A DNA stretch of 64,000 nucleotides, taken from positions 20,295-84,294 of the forward strand of contig JAFVYV010000011.1 in the NCBI GenBank assembly GCA_017508485.1, in the 5' to 3' direction. A program made the translations under genes and the position numbers. The DNA is from Clostridia bacterium. GTDB taxonomy: Bacteria > Bacillota > Clostridia > Christensenellales > Borkfalkiaceae. Below are positions 8,463-18,127 of this stretch, piece by piece; position 1 is the first letter of the stretch; each line of letters starts with the position of its first letter. The notes beneath the pieces were generated by a model that saw nothing but the letters and a program-made list of their open reading frames with translations, searched no databases and was not told the DNA's origin.

Positions 8463-8923
8463 TATTTAGTTAAGGTGGTTAGAAGGGCTATTAAGCCTTT
8501 TTCTATATCACGGTAGGTTCTTTCAAAATCGCCAGAGTACCACGGGTCGGAAATATCACCGCCACCACAAAAATCAAGTAATTTTATTATTTTGTTTTCT
8601 TTATCGTTACCAAAAATTCTAACAAGGTTTCTATTATTCCACTCTTCCATAGTTATAAAAAGGTCGTAATTATCATAATCTTCCTTTTTAACTTGAACTG
8701 CCCTTTTACCACTTGCGTCAATGCCGTGTTCACGCAGTTTTCTAAACGCTGGGGGATAAACTGGGTTACCTATACCGTTCCACACTTCTTCACTACTGGT
8801 TGCTGAAGATGAAACGATAAATTCATCGTCAAGTCCCTTCTTTTTAAGCATATCTTTAAACATAAATTCTGCCATAGGCGAACGACAAATGTTGCCGTGG
8901 CAAACAAACATAATTCTTTTCAT
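8462..8923 (-). CDS. Low-molecular-weight protein-tyrosine phosphatase
   Basis: CHGNICRS (CX5R P-loop) lies 5 residues after the MKRIM start, and a DP motif is present (DISDPWY). I chose the shorter start because the longer ORF (to 8971) would run across a consensus promoter. Confidence 0.8.
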   Translation of the reverse strand: MKRIMFVCHGNICRSPMAEFMFKDMLKKKGLDDEFIVSSSATSSEEVWNGIGNPVYPPAFRKLREHGIDASGKRAVQVKKEDYDNYDLFITMEEWNNRNLVRIFGNDKENKIIKLLDFCGGGDISDPWYSGDFERTYRDIEKGLIALLTTLTK

Positions 8924-8929
8924 ACTTAA

Positions 8930-8958
8930 ATTATAAAATTTATTTAACTTATTGTCAA
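8930..8958 (-). promoter_or_regulatory. Consensus sigma-A promoter (TTGACA-17-TATAAT) abutting the phosphatase start codon
   Basis: The minus strand reads TTGACA (8958-8953), a 17-nt spacer, TATAAT (8935-8930), then 6 nt, then ATG (8923). Confidence 0.6.
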
Positions 8959-9034
8959 CAAAAGGGGTCATTTTAGATGACTTTTTTTATTTTTGTGATA
9001 TACTTAATATCGCTACGAAAAAGGAAGTAAAGTA

Positions 9035-10429
9035 ATGAAAAAATTAAAAATGGACAAAAACTTTATAAAAACGGCTTTAGCGCTTGCAATTCCTATCGCT
9101 ATACAAAACCTTTTAACAAGTTCTGCCACTTTAATTGACACGGCTATGGTTACCGGGCTTGGCGAATACGCAATTTCTGCGCTTGGGGTTGCTACAAGGT
9201 TTTCATTTTTACTTAACGTTATATGTTTTGGCTTTGCATCTGGGGCGGCGGCTTTAATTTCACAATACTGGGGCGCAAAGGAAGAACATAACATAAAAAA
9301 GACCTTTGGTTTTAACTTAAGCCTTTCACTTGGGTTTGCAATTATTTACGCAATACTCCTTTTCGTTATGCCAAGCACTTTGATACATATATTTACTGAT
9401 GATAAAGAAGTTATAAGACTTGGCGCAGAATACTTAAAACTTTTTTCTTTAGCAGTTCCGTTTTTAGTATTTTCACAAGTAATGTGCATATCTTTTAGGT
9501 CTATTGAAAGGGTAAGAATTCCTTTTATATCTTCAGGTATTGCCGTTGCAGTTAACATTTTTTTTAACTACTGTTTAATTCACGGTAATTTAGGTTTCCC
9601 TGCACTTGGACTTAAAGGTGCGGCAATCGGTTCAATTTTAGGTTACGTTTGCCAAGCGATATTCTTATTCATCACACTAATAGCCGTTAAAACTCCGTTC
9701 AAAGGAAGATTTAAGGAAATTTTTGCGTTTAATAAAGAGTTTGTTAAAAAGTATCTTAAAATTGCAATGCCCGTTTTAATTAACGAAATTTTGTGGGCAG
9801 TAGGCACTAACGCTTACGTAACCGTTATAGCAAGACAAGGCGCTATAAACCACGCAGGGTACACCTTGTATGAAAATATTCAACAAGTATGCTTTGTATT
9901 CTTCGTTGGTATTTGTTCGGCTTGTTCGGTTATGGTTGGTAAGTCGGTTGGAAACGGCGAACACGAAAAGGCTTATAAGGAAGCCAAGTGGTTTGCTATT
10001 GCAACGCCAATTTTAGGTGTTATACTTGGCATAATAATAATACTTTTAAGAAACCCTATTCTATCAATTTTCCCTATTCAAGCAGAAAGCGTAAGCGACG
10101 CAGACGCTATAAGAAAGGTTGCGTCTAACTGCTTATTATTTTACAGTTTTTGGGTAGGTATGAGAAATATTCCTTACACCTTGGTTTGTGGTATATTTAG
10201 AGCAGGTGGGGACACCAAGTCGGGTCTTATAATAGATGCCGTTAACCTTTATTTATTAGGTATTCCTGCCGTTGTAATAACGGGGTTAGTACTTAAAACG
10301 GAATTTATTTTTATAATAATGGCTATGTTCATTTTTGAAGACACCTTAAAGACTATATGGTGCATACGCCACTTTAGGTCTAAAAAATGGATAAAACAAA
10401 TTACCGATAAAAAGAATTTAGCCGACTAA
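9035..10429 (+). CDS. MATE-family efflux transporter
   Basis: 464 aa with 12-TM character. The N-terminal ALALAIPIAIQNLLTSSATLIDTAMVTGLG is a typical MATE opening. Confidence 0.8.
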   Translation: MKKLKMDKNFIKTALALAIPIAIQNLLTSSATLIDTAMVTGLGEYAISALGVATRFSFLLNVICFGFASGAAALISQYWGAKEEHNIKKTFGFNLSLSLGFAIIYAILLFVMPSTLIHIFTDDKEVIRLGAEYLKLFSLAVPFLVFSQVMCISFRSIERVRIPFISSGIAVAVNIFFNYCLIHGNLGFPALGLKGAAIGSILGYVCQAIFLFITLIAVKTPFKGRFKEIFAFNKEFVKKYLKIAMPVLINEILWAVGTNAYVTVIARQGAINHAGYTLYENIQQVCFVFFVGICSACSVMVGKSVGNGEHEKAYKEAKWFAIATPILGVILGIIIILLRNPILSIFPIQAESVSDADAIRKVASNCLLFYSFWVGMRNIPYTLVCGIFRAGGDTKSGLIIDAVNLYLLGIPAVVITGLVLKTEFIFIIMAMFIFEDTLKTIWCIRHFRSKKWIKQITDKKNLAD

Positions 10430-10446
10430 AAACTAAAAAGGCAATA

Positions 10447-10485
10447 AAAAAGCACTTAACGAAAGTTAAGTGCTTTTAATTTTTG
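10447..10485. terminator. Bidirectional terminator
   Basis: AGCACTTAAC / GTTAAGTGCT stem with flanking A-runs and T-runs. Confidence 0.8.
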
Positions 10486-10499
10486 TTTTTGATGACTAA

Positions 10500-12356
10500 T
10501 TATTCGGCTTGTTGTTCAGCCTTTTTCATAGCATCTTTTTTAGCATACATTTTTGCAGTAACGTATTTTGTTACGAAAAGTGATGCAACCATAAGTACTA
10601 ATGCGATAGGAAGTGCTATAAATGCGTTAGGAATAAATCCTGCGATAATATAACATACGAAAGAAATTATTGCAACGTAAATAGCGTAAGGTATTTGAGT
10701 TGAAACGTGATTTAAGTGTTCACATTCAGCGCCTGCACTACTCATAATAGTAGTATCTGAAATAGGTGAGCAGTGGTCACCACAAACGGCACCTGCTAGA
10801 CACGCAGAAATACCAACTACTTGTAATGGGTCAGTTGTGTCAAACATTGCTAATACGATAGGTATTAAAATACCAAAAGTACCCCAAGAAGTACCAGTAG
10901 CAAACGCTAATACACAAGCAACTATAAAGATAACTGCAGGAAGTAGTTTTGCTAAAGTAGGTGGGAAGTTGCTCATCATATTACCAACAAAGTATGCTGC
11001 ACCAAGTTCGCCTGAAACGTTCTTTAAGGCAGTTGCAAAAGTTAAAATTAAAATTGCAGGAACCATTGCGATAAAGCCTTTTGGAATAGCGTTCATAGCA
11101 TCTTTAACAGTACAAATCTTTCTAATTGCAAAGTAAATGATTGTGATAACTAAAGTTAAAATACCACCCCAAGGAAGTGCAACCGTTGCATCGGTATTAC
11201 CAAATGAACCGATAAAGTCCATATAATAATCACCTGCTGGGTCAAACATACCGCCGTTATAAACTAAAGCGAATACGCTTGTGATAAGTAAAATAACGAT
11301 AGGTAAAACTAAGTCAATAACTCTACCACGTTCACTTACGTCGCTATCTTCTGCTGAAGTAACTTTTGCGCCACTAAATAAATCGCCCTTTTGTGCGTTA
11401 AGTTCGTGCTTTCTCATAGGACCAAAGTCAAACTTCATTAAAATTAAGCCGATAACGAACACTAAAGTTAAAAGTGAGTAGAAGTTAAACGGTATTGCCG
11501 CAACGAAAAGGCTTATACCTTGACCGTCTGCCGCATATTGAGAAACTGCCGCCGCCCAAGAAGAGATAGGTGCTATCATACAGATAGGAGCAGCCGTTGC
11601 GTCAATTAAAAATGCAAGTTTAGAACGAGAAATCTTGTGTTTATCAGTTACAGGTTTCATAACAGAACCAACTGTTAAACAGTTAAAGTAGTCGTCAATG
11701 AAAATTAAAATACCTAAAATAAAGGTACAAATACTTGCGCCAACCTTAGACTTAATGTTCTTTTGCGCCCAGTTACCAAACGCGCGTGAGCCACCTGCTT
11801 TGTTGATTAAAGCAACTAGTACGCCAAGTTCAACAAGGAATACGAATATACCTGCAGTACCCGAAACGGCGTCAATAATACCGGTGGAAACGAGTGTGTC
11901 AACCGTGCCTGTAAATGAGAATTTGTTAGCAAGTATTGCACCAGATAAAATACCGATAAATAGTGAAGAATAAACTTCTTTAGTGATAAGTGCAAGACCT
12001 ATTGCAATGATTGGTGGAAGTAATGCCCAAAAAGAGCCTGTTACTTCGTGAGCGCCACCGCAAGTTTCACAACAGTCAGGACAAGCGATAGTAGTTAAAA
12101 AACCGTCTTCACATTCTTCACAAATATCTCCGCCACAGTCGGGACAAAGGTAGGGATCTGAAGTGATTTCACCTGTGTCGTTACAAGTAGTACAATAAAT
12201 ACCTGCGTCGTTAGCCGTACAGTCTGGGCATTTAACAGTATTATCAAGTAGCCCAGTAGTTACTGCAACTATTAAAAGTGCTAAAATAACTACACCTGCA
12301 ATCAAAACGGTTAAGGTCTTTTTGTTAAAGAAAGACTTTTTAGTTTCGTTTAACAT
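10500..12356 (-). CDS. NhaC-family Na+/H+ antiporter with an added N-terminal TM helix and Cys-rich (multi-CxxC) module
   Basis: From FWALLPPIIAIGLALITKEVYSSLFIGIL onward the protein looks like NhaC. The first ~110 aa contain CPDC, CTTC, CPDC, CEEC and CPDCCETC motifs after one TM helix. Confidence 0.75.
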   Translation of the reverse strand: MLNETKKSFFNKKTLTVLIAGVVILALLIVAVTTGLLDNTVKCPDCTANDAGIYCTTCNDTGEITSDPYLCPDCGGDICEECEDGFLTTIACPDCCETCGGAHEVTGSFWALLPPIIAIGLALITKEVYSSLFIGILSGAILANKFSFTGTVDTLVSTGIIDAVSGTAGIFVFLVELGVLVALINKAGGSRAFGNWAQKNIKSKVGASICTFILGILIFIDDYFNCLTVGSVMKPVTDKHKISRSKLAFLIDATAAPICMIAPISSWAAAVSQYAADGQGISLFVAAIPFNFYSLLTLVFVIGLILMKFDFGPMRKHELNAQKGDLFSGAKVTSAEDSDVSERGRVIDLVLPIVILLITSVFALVYNGGMFDPAGDYYMDFIGSFGNTDATVALPWGGILTLVITIIYFAIRKICTVKDAMNAIPKGFIAMVPAILILTFATALKNVSGELGAAYFVGNMMSNFPPTLAKLLPAVIFIVACVLAFATGTSWGTFGILIPIVLAMFDTTDPLQVVGISACLAGAVCGDHCSPISDTTIMSSAGAECEHLNHVSTQIPYAIYVAIISFVCYIIAGFIPNAFIALPIALVLMVASLFVTKYVTAKMYAKKDAMKKAEQQAE

Positions 12357-12429
12357 TTATTTTCTCCTTTGTAAAAAATTTTTTTCAAAAAACAAAAGCA
12401 CGATAAAACCGTGCTTTACTTATATAATG

Positions 12430-13122
12430 TTATATGTTTTTTTGAGTTTTGTCAATAGGGTTTTGGTTTTTTCTGTCCTTTTTAACCCCTAAAATTATAA
12501 AAATTACAGATATAATAATTAAACCTACTGCTATTAAAATGGCAGAGTTTCTAAAAAACTCTATAGGTAGGATATTTATTATTTCATCTTGGTCGGGATA
12601 AAATAGCCAGTTGTCCTTACCTGGGAAGAAAATTTTATGGAAAATGGTAAAAGCCTTGTCAAAATTTATACTTGCAAGACCACCTATCGTTAGTGGAAGA
12701 ATAAGGTTGATTATTCCACTAAAAAAGCAAGGTCTTTTATTAAAAAAGTTATAAAAACTAAACACCTTTTTTCTTTCTAAAATAAATAAAGTAAGGGTTA
12801 AAACAAAAGATATAATAAGAACTATTAAGTTTAGGTTAAAAAGTTTTTTGCAGTCGGCAAAATGACTTGCACCGTTAGTTGAAAAGGCTAACTCACCAGT
12901 AGAAAAAGGAACGCCCGGCAAGGTCAAATAGTTCATCATTTCATCAAATGCGCATTTAATAGTTTGATAGTCGTATCCAGTTAAATCAGGAAGGTTAAGA
13001 GCATTTATATGTAGGTAGTAAAAAAATCTACAATAAATAGGTAGCCCGATTGAAACGGTTAAAGACAAAAATATTAAACTTATTATAAAAACAATTGTTA
13101 AAATTTTATTTTTCATAAACAA
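12430..13122 (-). CDS. Integral membrane protein (TIGR01906/DUF1461-like, tentative)
   Basis: 230 aa with an N-terminal TM, a soluble loop (ASHFADCKKLF) and C-terminal TM helices. A terminator lies downstream at about 12385-12420 on the minus strand. Confidence 0.55.
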   Translation of the reverse strand: MFMKNKILTIVFIISLIFLSLTVSIGLPIYCRFFYYLHINALNLPDLTGYDYQTIKCAFDEMMNYLTLPGVPFSTGELAFSTNGASHFADCKKLFNLNLIVLIISFVLTLTLFILERKKVFSFYNFFNKRPCFFSGIINLILPLTIGGLASINFDKAFTIFHKIFFPGKDNWLFYPDQDEIINILPIEFFRNSAILIAVGLIIISVIFIILGVKKDRKNQNPIDKTQKNI

Positions 13123-13239
13123 AAGTATATATTAAAAAAAATATTTTGTCAATTAAGTTTATTTTAGGTTAAAAGTGTTGAAAAAAAACGGCTTGTATTG
13201 TATAATAAATACAAATTGAACAAAACGGGAGAAGACAAG

Positions 13240-14283
13240 ATGTTAGATAAATTATTTATGCCTAATAAAGAAGTTTTTAGGTCAATCAGTCCAGAAAATT
13301 TTACAGGAGAAAAGGGCAAAGGTGGTATGGCTACCGAAGGTGCTTCTGCTCCTGCTGCTGAAGGTTTAGGTCAAGGCTGGAAGGTTAGCCCAAGAATTTT
13401 TCTTCAACCAGGTGAAACCAGAACTATTGCCGATATTCAAGGTAGTGGTATCATTAAACATATTTGGTTTGCAAAAACTGGCGATACAAGAAAGCAAATT
13501 TTAAGAATTTACTATGATGGAGATACTAACCCTGCAGTAGAATGTCCTATGAGTGACTTTTTCTGTGCAGCGCAAGAATCTTGGCAAATTAACGCATTAC
13601 CTATCTGCGTAAACTCTTACAACGCATATAACAGTTATTTTGAAATGCCATTTAAAAAGAGCATTAAAATAACTATTGAAAACTTATGTTTTGACCAAAG
13701 AACACTTTACTACCAAATTGACTACGTTGAAGTTGCCGTTCCAGAAGACGCACTTTACTTCCACGCACAATTTAGACGTACTAACCCACTTCCATATAAA
13801 GAAGATTACACAATTATTGACGGTATTGAAGCAAAAGGTAAATACGTTGGTACGTACTTATTCTTCGGCACAACTAACAACGGTTGGTGGGGCGAAGGCG
13901 AAATTAAGTTCTTTATGGACGGAGATAAAGATTTCCCTACAATTTGTGGTACTGGTACTGAAGACTACTTCTGTGGTGCTTGGTGCTTTAATAAGGACAA
14001 AAAGTATATTGACTACTCAACTCCTTACAGCGGTTTCCACGCATTATATAACGATGAGTTCTATGCATCTCAACAAAGATTTTCAATGTATCGTTTCCAT
14101 ATAACGGACGCAATCAACTTTGAAAAAGATTTAAGAGTAACAATGCAAGCAATCGGCTGGAGAGCAGATAAGAGATACTTACCACTTCAACCAGATATGG
14201 CGTCAGTTGCTTATATGTACTTAGACAAAACTAGCGTATATAGAAAGCCACTTCCAGATGTAGACTATTTAGAAATTATCTAA
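13240..14283 (+). CDS. DUF2961 / glycoside hydrolase family 172-like protein
   Basis: I chose the ATG at 13240, which has a GGGAGAAG RBS. Motifs PGETRTIADIQGSGIIKHIWF, LRIYYDGDTNPAVECPMSDFF and WWGEGEIKFFMDGD..PTICGTGTEDYF match my memory of the DUF2961 family signature. Confidence 0.75.
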   Translation: MLDKLFMPNKEVFRSISPENFTGEKGKGGMATEGASAPAAEGLGQGWKVSPRIFLQPGETRTIADIQGSGIIKHIWFAKTGDTRKQILRIYYDGDTNPAVECPMSDFFCAAQESWQINALPICVNSYNAYNSYFEMPFKKSIKITIENLCFDQRTLYYQIDYVEVAVPEDALYFHAQFRRTNPLPYKEDYTIIDGIEAKGKYVGTYLFFGTTNNGWWGEGEIKFFMDGDKDFPTICGTGTEDYFCGAWCFNKDKKYIDYSTPYSGFHALYNDEFYASQQRFSMYRFHITDAINFEKDLRVTMQAIGWRADKRYLPLQPDMASVAYMYLDKTSVYRKPLPDVDYLEII

Positions 14284-14296
14284 CAACAAAAAACTA

Positions 14297-14327
14297 AAAG
14301 CACTTCTTTTGAAGTGCTTTTTTTGTT
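14297..14327. terminator. Bidirectional terminator
   Basis: AAAGCACTTC / GAAGTGCTTT stem followed by a T-run. Confidence 0.8.
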
Positions 14328-14349
14328 TTAGAATTAAGGATTTAAATGT

Positions 14350-15573
14350 TTATATTTCTTTTTGTTGACCGTGGAAGGTTATTTGGTAGTCGTAGGTGGC
14401 AGTTTTTAAAATGCTTTCTTTATATTCTTCATAATATTTGTAGTGGTGGCGATAAAGTTTTTTAATTAAGTCAAAAACGTCAACGCCACTTTTACTTTTT
14501 TCTACCACCCTTTTTAGGTTGCTTTTTAAGTCTTCTTCTGCTTTTTTGCACACTTCTTCAGGGACGAAAGAATTGCCTTGCCCGTTTAGGTCGGTGTTTA
14601 TAGAATTTTGGTCGTCAATTTTAACAAAAACGTCTAACTTAAAGGTGACAAAAGGCTTATTATCAACAAACTTTAAGGATATTTTTTTGTTTACGGAAAG
14701 CACGTCAAGTAAAACGTTAAAATGCTCTCCTTGATAGACGCAGTCGTTTACTTCTAAAGTAGAGTAGTTTACCGTGGTTGTCATTAAGTTAACGGCAAAA
14801 GTTTCTTCCTTATTAAGTTTTTCTACCACTTTGCCTTTATTAAAAAGTAGGGTAGTGGTTGCATCAAAAAGGTTTTGCTTTTCTTTCCCTGACTGGCTTT
14901 GCCCTTCGCTACCACTTGAAGCGTTTTGTTTAGATAACTCGTTTCCCCCTTTTTCATTACCACTTTCTTCGCCTTCAGGGGGCAAAGTTTTTATATATGG
15001 TAAATAAGAGTAGCCACTTTTTCCGTAATATCCTATTGAAAAGGTTTTTATATCCGTTTCTAAAATGTCGTTATTTAGTCCCGTTTTCTTTAACAAAATT
15101 TTTTGTATTGCAAAAGAAGAAAGGTCGTCAAGTGGCGACTCCGTTTTTAACACTTCTTTTGCGCTATCTTCCGTTATGGCAATCAAGGTGGAGTCTTGCA
15201 CGTTTAAAGTTTTTGTAAAGTAGTTTACTAAATTTATAATATTTTCATCTAAAAAACTTTGGTTAATTAAAATAAGGTTGCAAAAAGAAAGTTTAGGGTA
15301 CCAGCCGGAAATTGAGCCTATTTTAGTTATGGCAGAACTTACCGTGCTACCCGTGGATGATATAACCGACTTTTCGTTTTTTGCCGAAGTGTTTTTTGCT
15401 TCGGGCAGGGCGATTTGCGCAGTAATTTCATACTCATCTTCCTTTTTGTCAATGCCTATTGCCGTTATAATTGCCGTTTTTTCAATATCAATTATTCCAA
15501 AGTCGTTAGAAAAGAATAGCAAAAAGCAAAAAGATACTATTATTATGATAATTCTAGTTTTTAGGCTTGTCAT
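14350..15573 (-). CDS. Ger(x)C-family spore germination protein
   Basis: It is the last gene of an A-B-C germinant receptor operon. The N-terminal TAIITAIGIDKKEDEYEITAQIALP is typical of GerAC-type proteins. No canonical lipobox Cys is present. Confidence 0.75.
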   Translation of the reverse strand: MTSLKTRIIIIIVSFCFLLFFSNDFGIIDIEKTAIITAIGIDKKEDEYEITAQIALPEAKNTSAKNEKSVISSTGSTVSSAITKIGSISGWYPKLSFCNLILINQSFLDENIINLVNYFTKTLNVQDSTLIAITEDSAKEVLKTESPLDDLSSFAIQKILLKKTGLNNDILETDIKTFSIGYYGKSGYSYLPYIKTLPPEGEESGNEKGGNELSKQNASSGSEGQSQSGKEKQNLFDATTTLLFNKGKVVEKLNKEETFAVNLMTTTVNYSTLEVNDCVYQGEHFNVLLDVLSVNKKISLKFVDNKPFVTFKLDVFVKIDDQNSINTDLNGQGNSFVPEEVCKKAEEDLKSNLKRVVEKSKSGVDVFDLIKKLYRHHYKYYEEYKESILKTATYDYQITFHGQQKEI

Positions 15574-16630
15574 TTTTTCTCCTTAAAAGTAGTAGCAGAA
15601 TAGGAATTAGGTTTGAAAACATAAAAAACAGTCCGCCAAAGTAGGTGTGAATAATATTTTGTAGCACCACGGAGTAGTCGTTTAGTAAAGAAATTAAAAG
15701 TAGGTTTAAGGTGGTCGCTATTATTGCAGGGTAAATTCTTTTCTTAAACGGAAAAACTTCCATTAAAATTTGCGTTTCAAAAAAGACGGGCATTGAAATT
15801 GATATCGTACCGACAAGTAGTAAACCGAAAACGGAAATATAGTCAACTCTACCTACGTTGTTTATAACGGTTGAGTATTTTGAAATGTCCGTTATTGCAA
15901 AAAGCGTTCTGTGTGCTATTGAGTCAAAGGCAAGGTAAAAGGCTATTAAAAACAAAATTACCAAAGTTAACGAAATTAAATAACTTATAACAATTTTGCC
16001 TATTCCTTTTTTGCCTAGTTCAAAACTACCTAAAAAGAAAAGTAGGTAAACTCCGTCGCCAAACCACCCTAAAGAATAGTAGGACGCAATAGGCACTTTT
16101 TTTATAAACGCACCTATAGGCAGTATTGCTCCAAAATCAAGACTTCCTAAACTTAAAATAAACACCAGTAAAAGACTAAACACGGTTATCAAAAAGAATA
16201 GGTCGCTTAGCCTTCCTATCGTTCTAACCTTTGTTATACATATCAGTAAAACCACAAAAAAGAATGGTAAAAAGGCAAGTATGGTTGGTGCCGTTTCGTA
16301 AAGGGTTAAGTTTACGTAGTTTTTTTGTTCAATTAGTAGTGGAAAGCCTTTTATTAAAAAGTAAAAAAAGTATAGAATAAGCACTATATTTTTAACCGTT
16401 TTACCAAAATGCACTTTTAGTAGGTCAAAAAAACTTAAGTTGTGTTTTTTGTATAGTTTTAGTATTGCAAATATGGTTAACAGGTCTAATAAACCGGTCA
16501 ATAGGGCAGAAATCCACAAGTCTTGTTCACTAAACCCACTTAAAACCGATGGCATTAAAATAAGTTTTGTGACGGGCATAAACGCTATAAAAAATAGGCA
16601 AACTTGCCTAACGGTTAGTTCTTTTTTCAT
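15554..16630 (-). CDS. Ger(x)B-family spore germination permease (APC superfamily)
   Basis: 358-aa polytopic protein that overlaps both neighbouring genes, in the position expected for GerAB. Confidence 0.75.
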   Translation of the reverse strand: MKKELTVRQVCLFFIAFMPVTKLILMPSVLSGFSEQDLWISALLTGLLDLLTIFAILKLYKKHNLSFFDLLKVHFGKTVKNIVLILYFFYFLIKGFPLLIEQKNYVNLTLYETAPTILAFLPFFFVVLLICITKVRTIGRLSDLFFLITVFSLLLVFILSLGSLDFGAILPIGAFIKKVPIASYYSLGWFGDGVYLLFFLGSFELGKKGIGKIVISYLISLTLVILFLIAFYLAFDSIAHRTLFAITDISKYSTVINNVGRVDYISVFGLLLVGTISISMPVFFETQILMEVFPFKKRIYPAIIATTLNLLLISLLNDYSVVLQNIIHTYFGGLFFMFSNLIPILLLLLRRKNDKPKN

Positions 16631-18068
16631 TTACTTTTTCCTTTATTTTTAATCTTGTTTTGTTTTTGCTACCTATGGTTATAGGTCTTTTGTTTAAGCC
16701 AAAAAGCGTTTCCTTATAAACGCTATCTTTTAAGTCCTTTTTAACAAGGGGAGAAAAAGGTGCAAGTAGTGGCGTTTCAAAAGTTTCAAAAGAAACCATA
16801 TATATTAGTAAGGCACAAAGCCCTAAAATTAAACCGTATCCACCTAAAGTACCTGCTACTACTAAAAACAAAAATCTAAGGAGCGAAAAGGTTTGTAATA
16901 GGTCTGGCACGGTGTATAAACAAATACCCGATAGGGCAATTATCATTAAGGCAGGGGCAGAAATTATACCTGCGTTTACTGCCGTTTCGCCAAGCACTAA
17001 ACCACCTACTATTGAAACGACCATACCAACGTATTTTGGCATACGAAGACTTGCTTCGTTTAATATTTCAAAAATTAGTAGGGTAAAAAACATTTCAAGG
17101 CTTGGAGATAAGGGTATACCTTTTATGCTGTTTACAATGGTCAGTAAAAATGGCAAGGGTATTAACTGCAAGTGAAAAAGTTGCGCCGATACGTAAAAAC
17201 TAGGTAGCGCTAAAGATAAAAATACTGAAGTTATTCTAATAAACCTTGCAAAGTTGGTTTTGTAAACGGAAGTATAGTAGTCTTCAGGACTTTGAAAGTC
17301 TTCAAGTAGCATATACGGTAAGGTTAACGCAACGGGTGAGCCGTCAACTATTATTGCAAGTCTGCCTTCAAGTATTTTGGCTACTAATACGTCGGGCTTT
17401 TCGGTCGTGCCGACCTGCTTAAAAAGTGAGTGTGCGTGGTCGCTTATTAACCTTGTTATATAAGACGAGTCTAAAATAGCGTCTATTTCAAACGACTTTA
17501 ATCTCTTTTTTATCTTTTCAGGCAGTCCTTTTTTTACTATACCTTTTATATAACAAATACAAACGGTGGTTTTTGACTGTTTGCCTATTGATAGGTTTTC
17601 AATTTGCAGTTTAGCCGTTTTTAGTCTTCTTCTAATTAAACTTAAGTTGCAAGTTATATCTTCAACAAACCCTTCTCTTGGTCCTTTTAGTACCACGGAA
17701 GTAGGTGGCTCTGTTATAGCCCTTTTTTCCACCCTTTTTACCCCTAAAGAAAAAGCCGTTGAAAGCCCGTCTATAATAAGTAGTGCGTTGCCGTTAGAGA
17801 TAGTGTCAAGCGCCAAATCGTAGTCGGTTATTTCCTCAGTTTCAGCGTTTATAAGCGCCTTTTTTATTCCTTTAACGCCACTAATATTTTGGTTAGAAAG
17901 GGGAAGTAATACCGTTTTAGAAATTAAAGCCTTGTCTGTTATAGAGTCAATAAAAACCAAAACACCCTTTTTGTTTTTTAACTTAATATCGTGAAAGATA
18001 ACGTCAAAAGAAGAAAGGTCTTTTTTAAGCGTTTCAATGTTTTTAGTTAGATTTTTTGATAATTTCAT
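16608..18068 (-). CDS. Ger(x)A-family spore germination protein
   Basis: 486 aa with a soluble N-terminal domain followed by TM helices. Contains VLKGPREGFVEDI and AIIVDGSP-like GerA motifs. Confidence 0.8.
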   Translation of the reverse strand: MKLSKNLTKNIETLKKDLSSFDVIFHDIKLKNKKGVLVFIDSITDKALISKTVLLPLSNQNISGVKGIKKALINAETEEITDYDLALDTISNGNALLIIDGLSTAFSLGVKRVEKRAITEPPTSVVLKGPREGFVEDITCNLSLIRRRLKTAKLQIENLSIGKQSKTTVCICYIKGIVKKGLPEKIKKRLKSFEIDAILDSSYITRLISDHAHSLFKQVGTTEKPDVLVAKILEGRLAIIVDGSPVALTLPYMLLEDFQSPEDYYTSVYKTNFARFIRITSVFLSLALPSFYVSAQLFHLQLIPLPFLLTIVNSIKGIPLSPSLEMFFTLLIFEILNEASLRMPKYVGMVVSIVGGLVLGETAVNAGIISAPALMIIALSGICLYTVPDLLQTFSLLRFLFLVVAGTLGGYGLILGLCALLIYMVSFETFETPLLAPFSPLVKKDLKDSVYKETLFGLNKRPITIGSKNKTRLKIKEKVNEKRTNR

Positions 18069-18127
18069 AAAAATAGTATTCTTTTTTTTGCAAAAAAAAT
18101 ACAGTCCTAATTAAAGGACTGCATCTT

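Noticed and set aside
9013-9294. 93-aa minus-strand ORF overlapping the start of the MATE gene.
   Set aside because: It is antisense to a clear MATE N-terminus and has no start context.
10837-11973. Plus-strand ORFs (10837-11136, 11281-11481, 11698-11973) opposite the NhaC gene, and plus-strand ORFs (14519-15586, 16440-17823) opposite the ger genes.
   Set aside because: These are shadow ORFs antisense to long, well-supported membrane or germination genes.
13676-14104. Same-strand, out-of-frame ORFs inside the GH172 gene (13676-14104) and inside the membrane gene (6461-6709).
   Set aside because: They are fully nested in better-supported frames, have no RBS and have odd composition.
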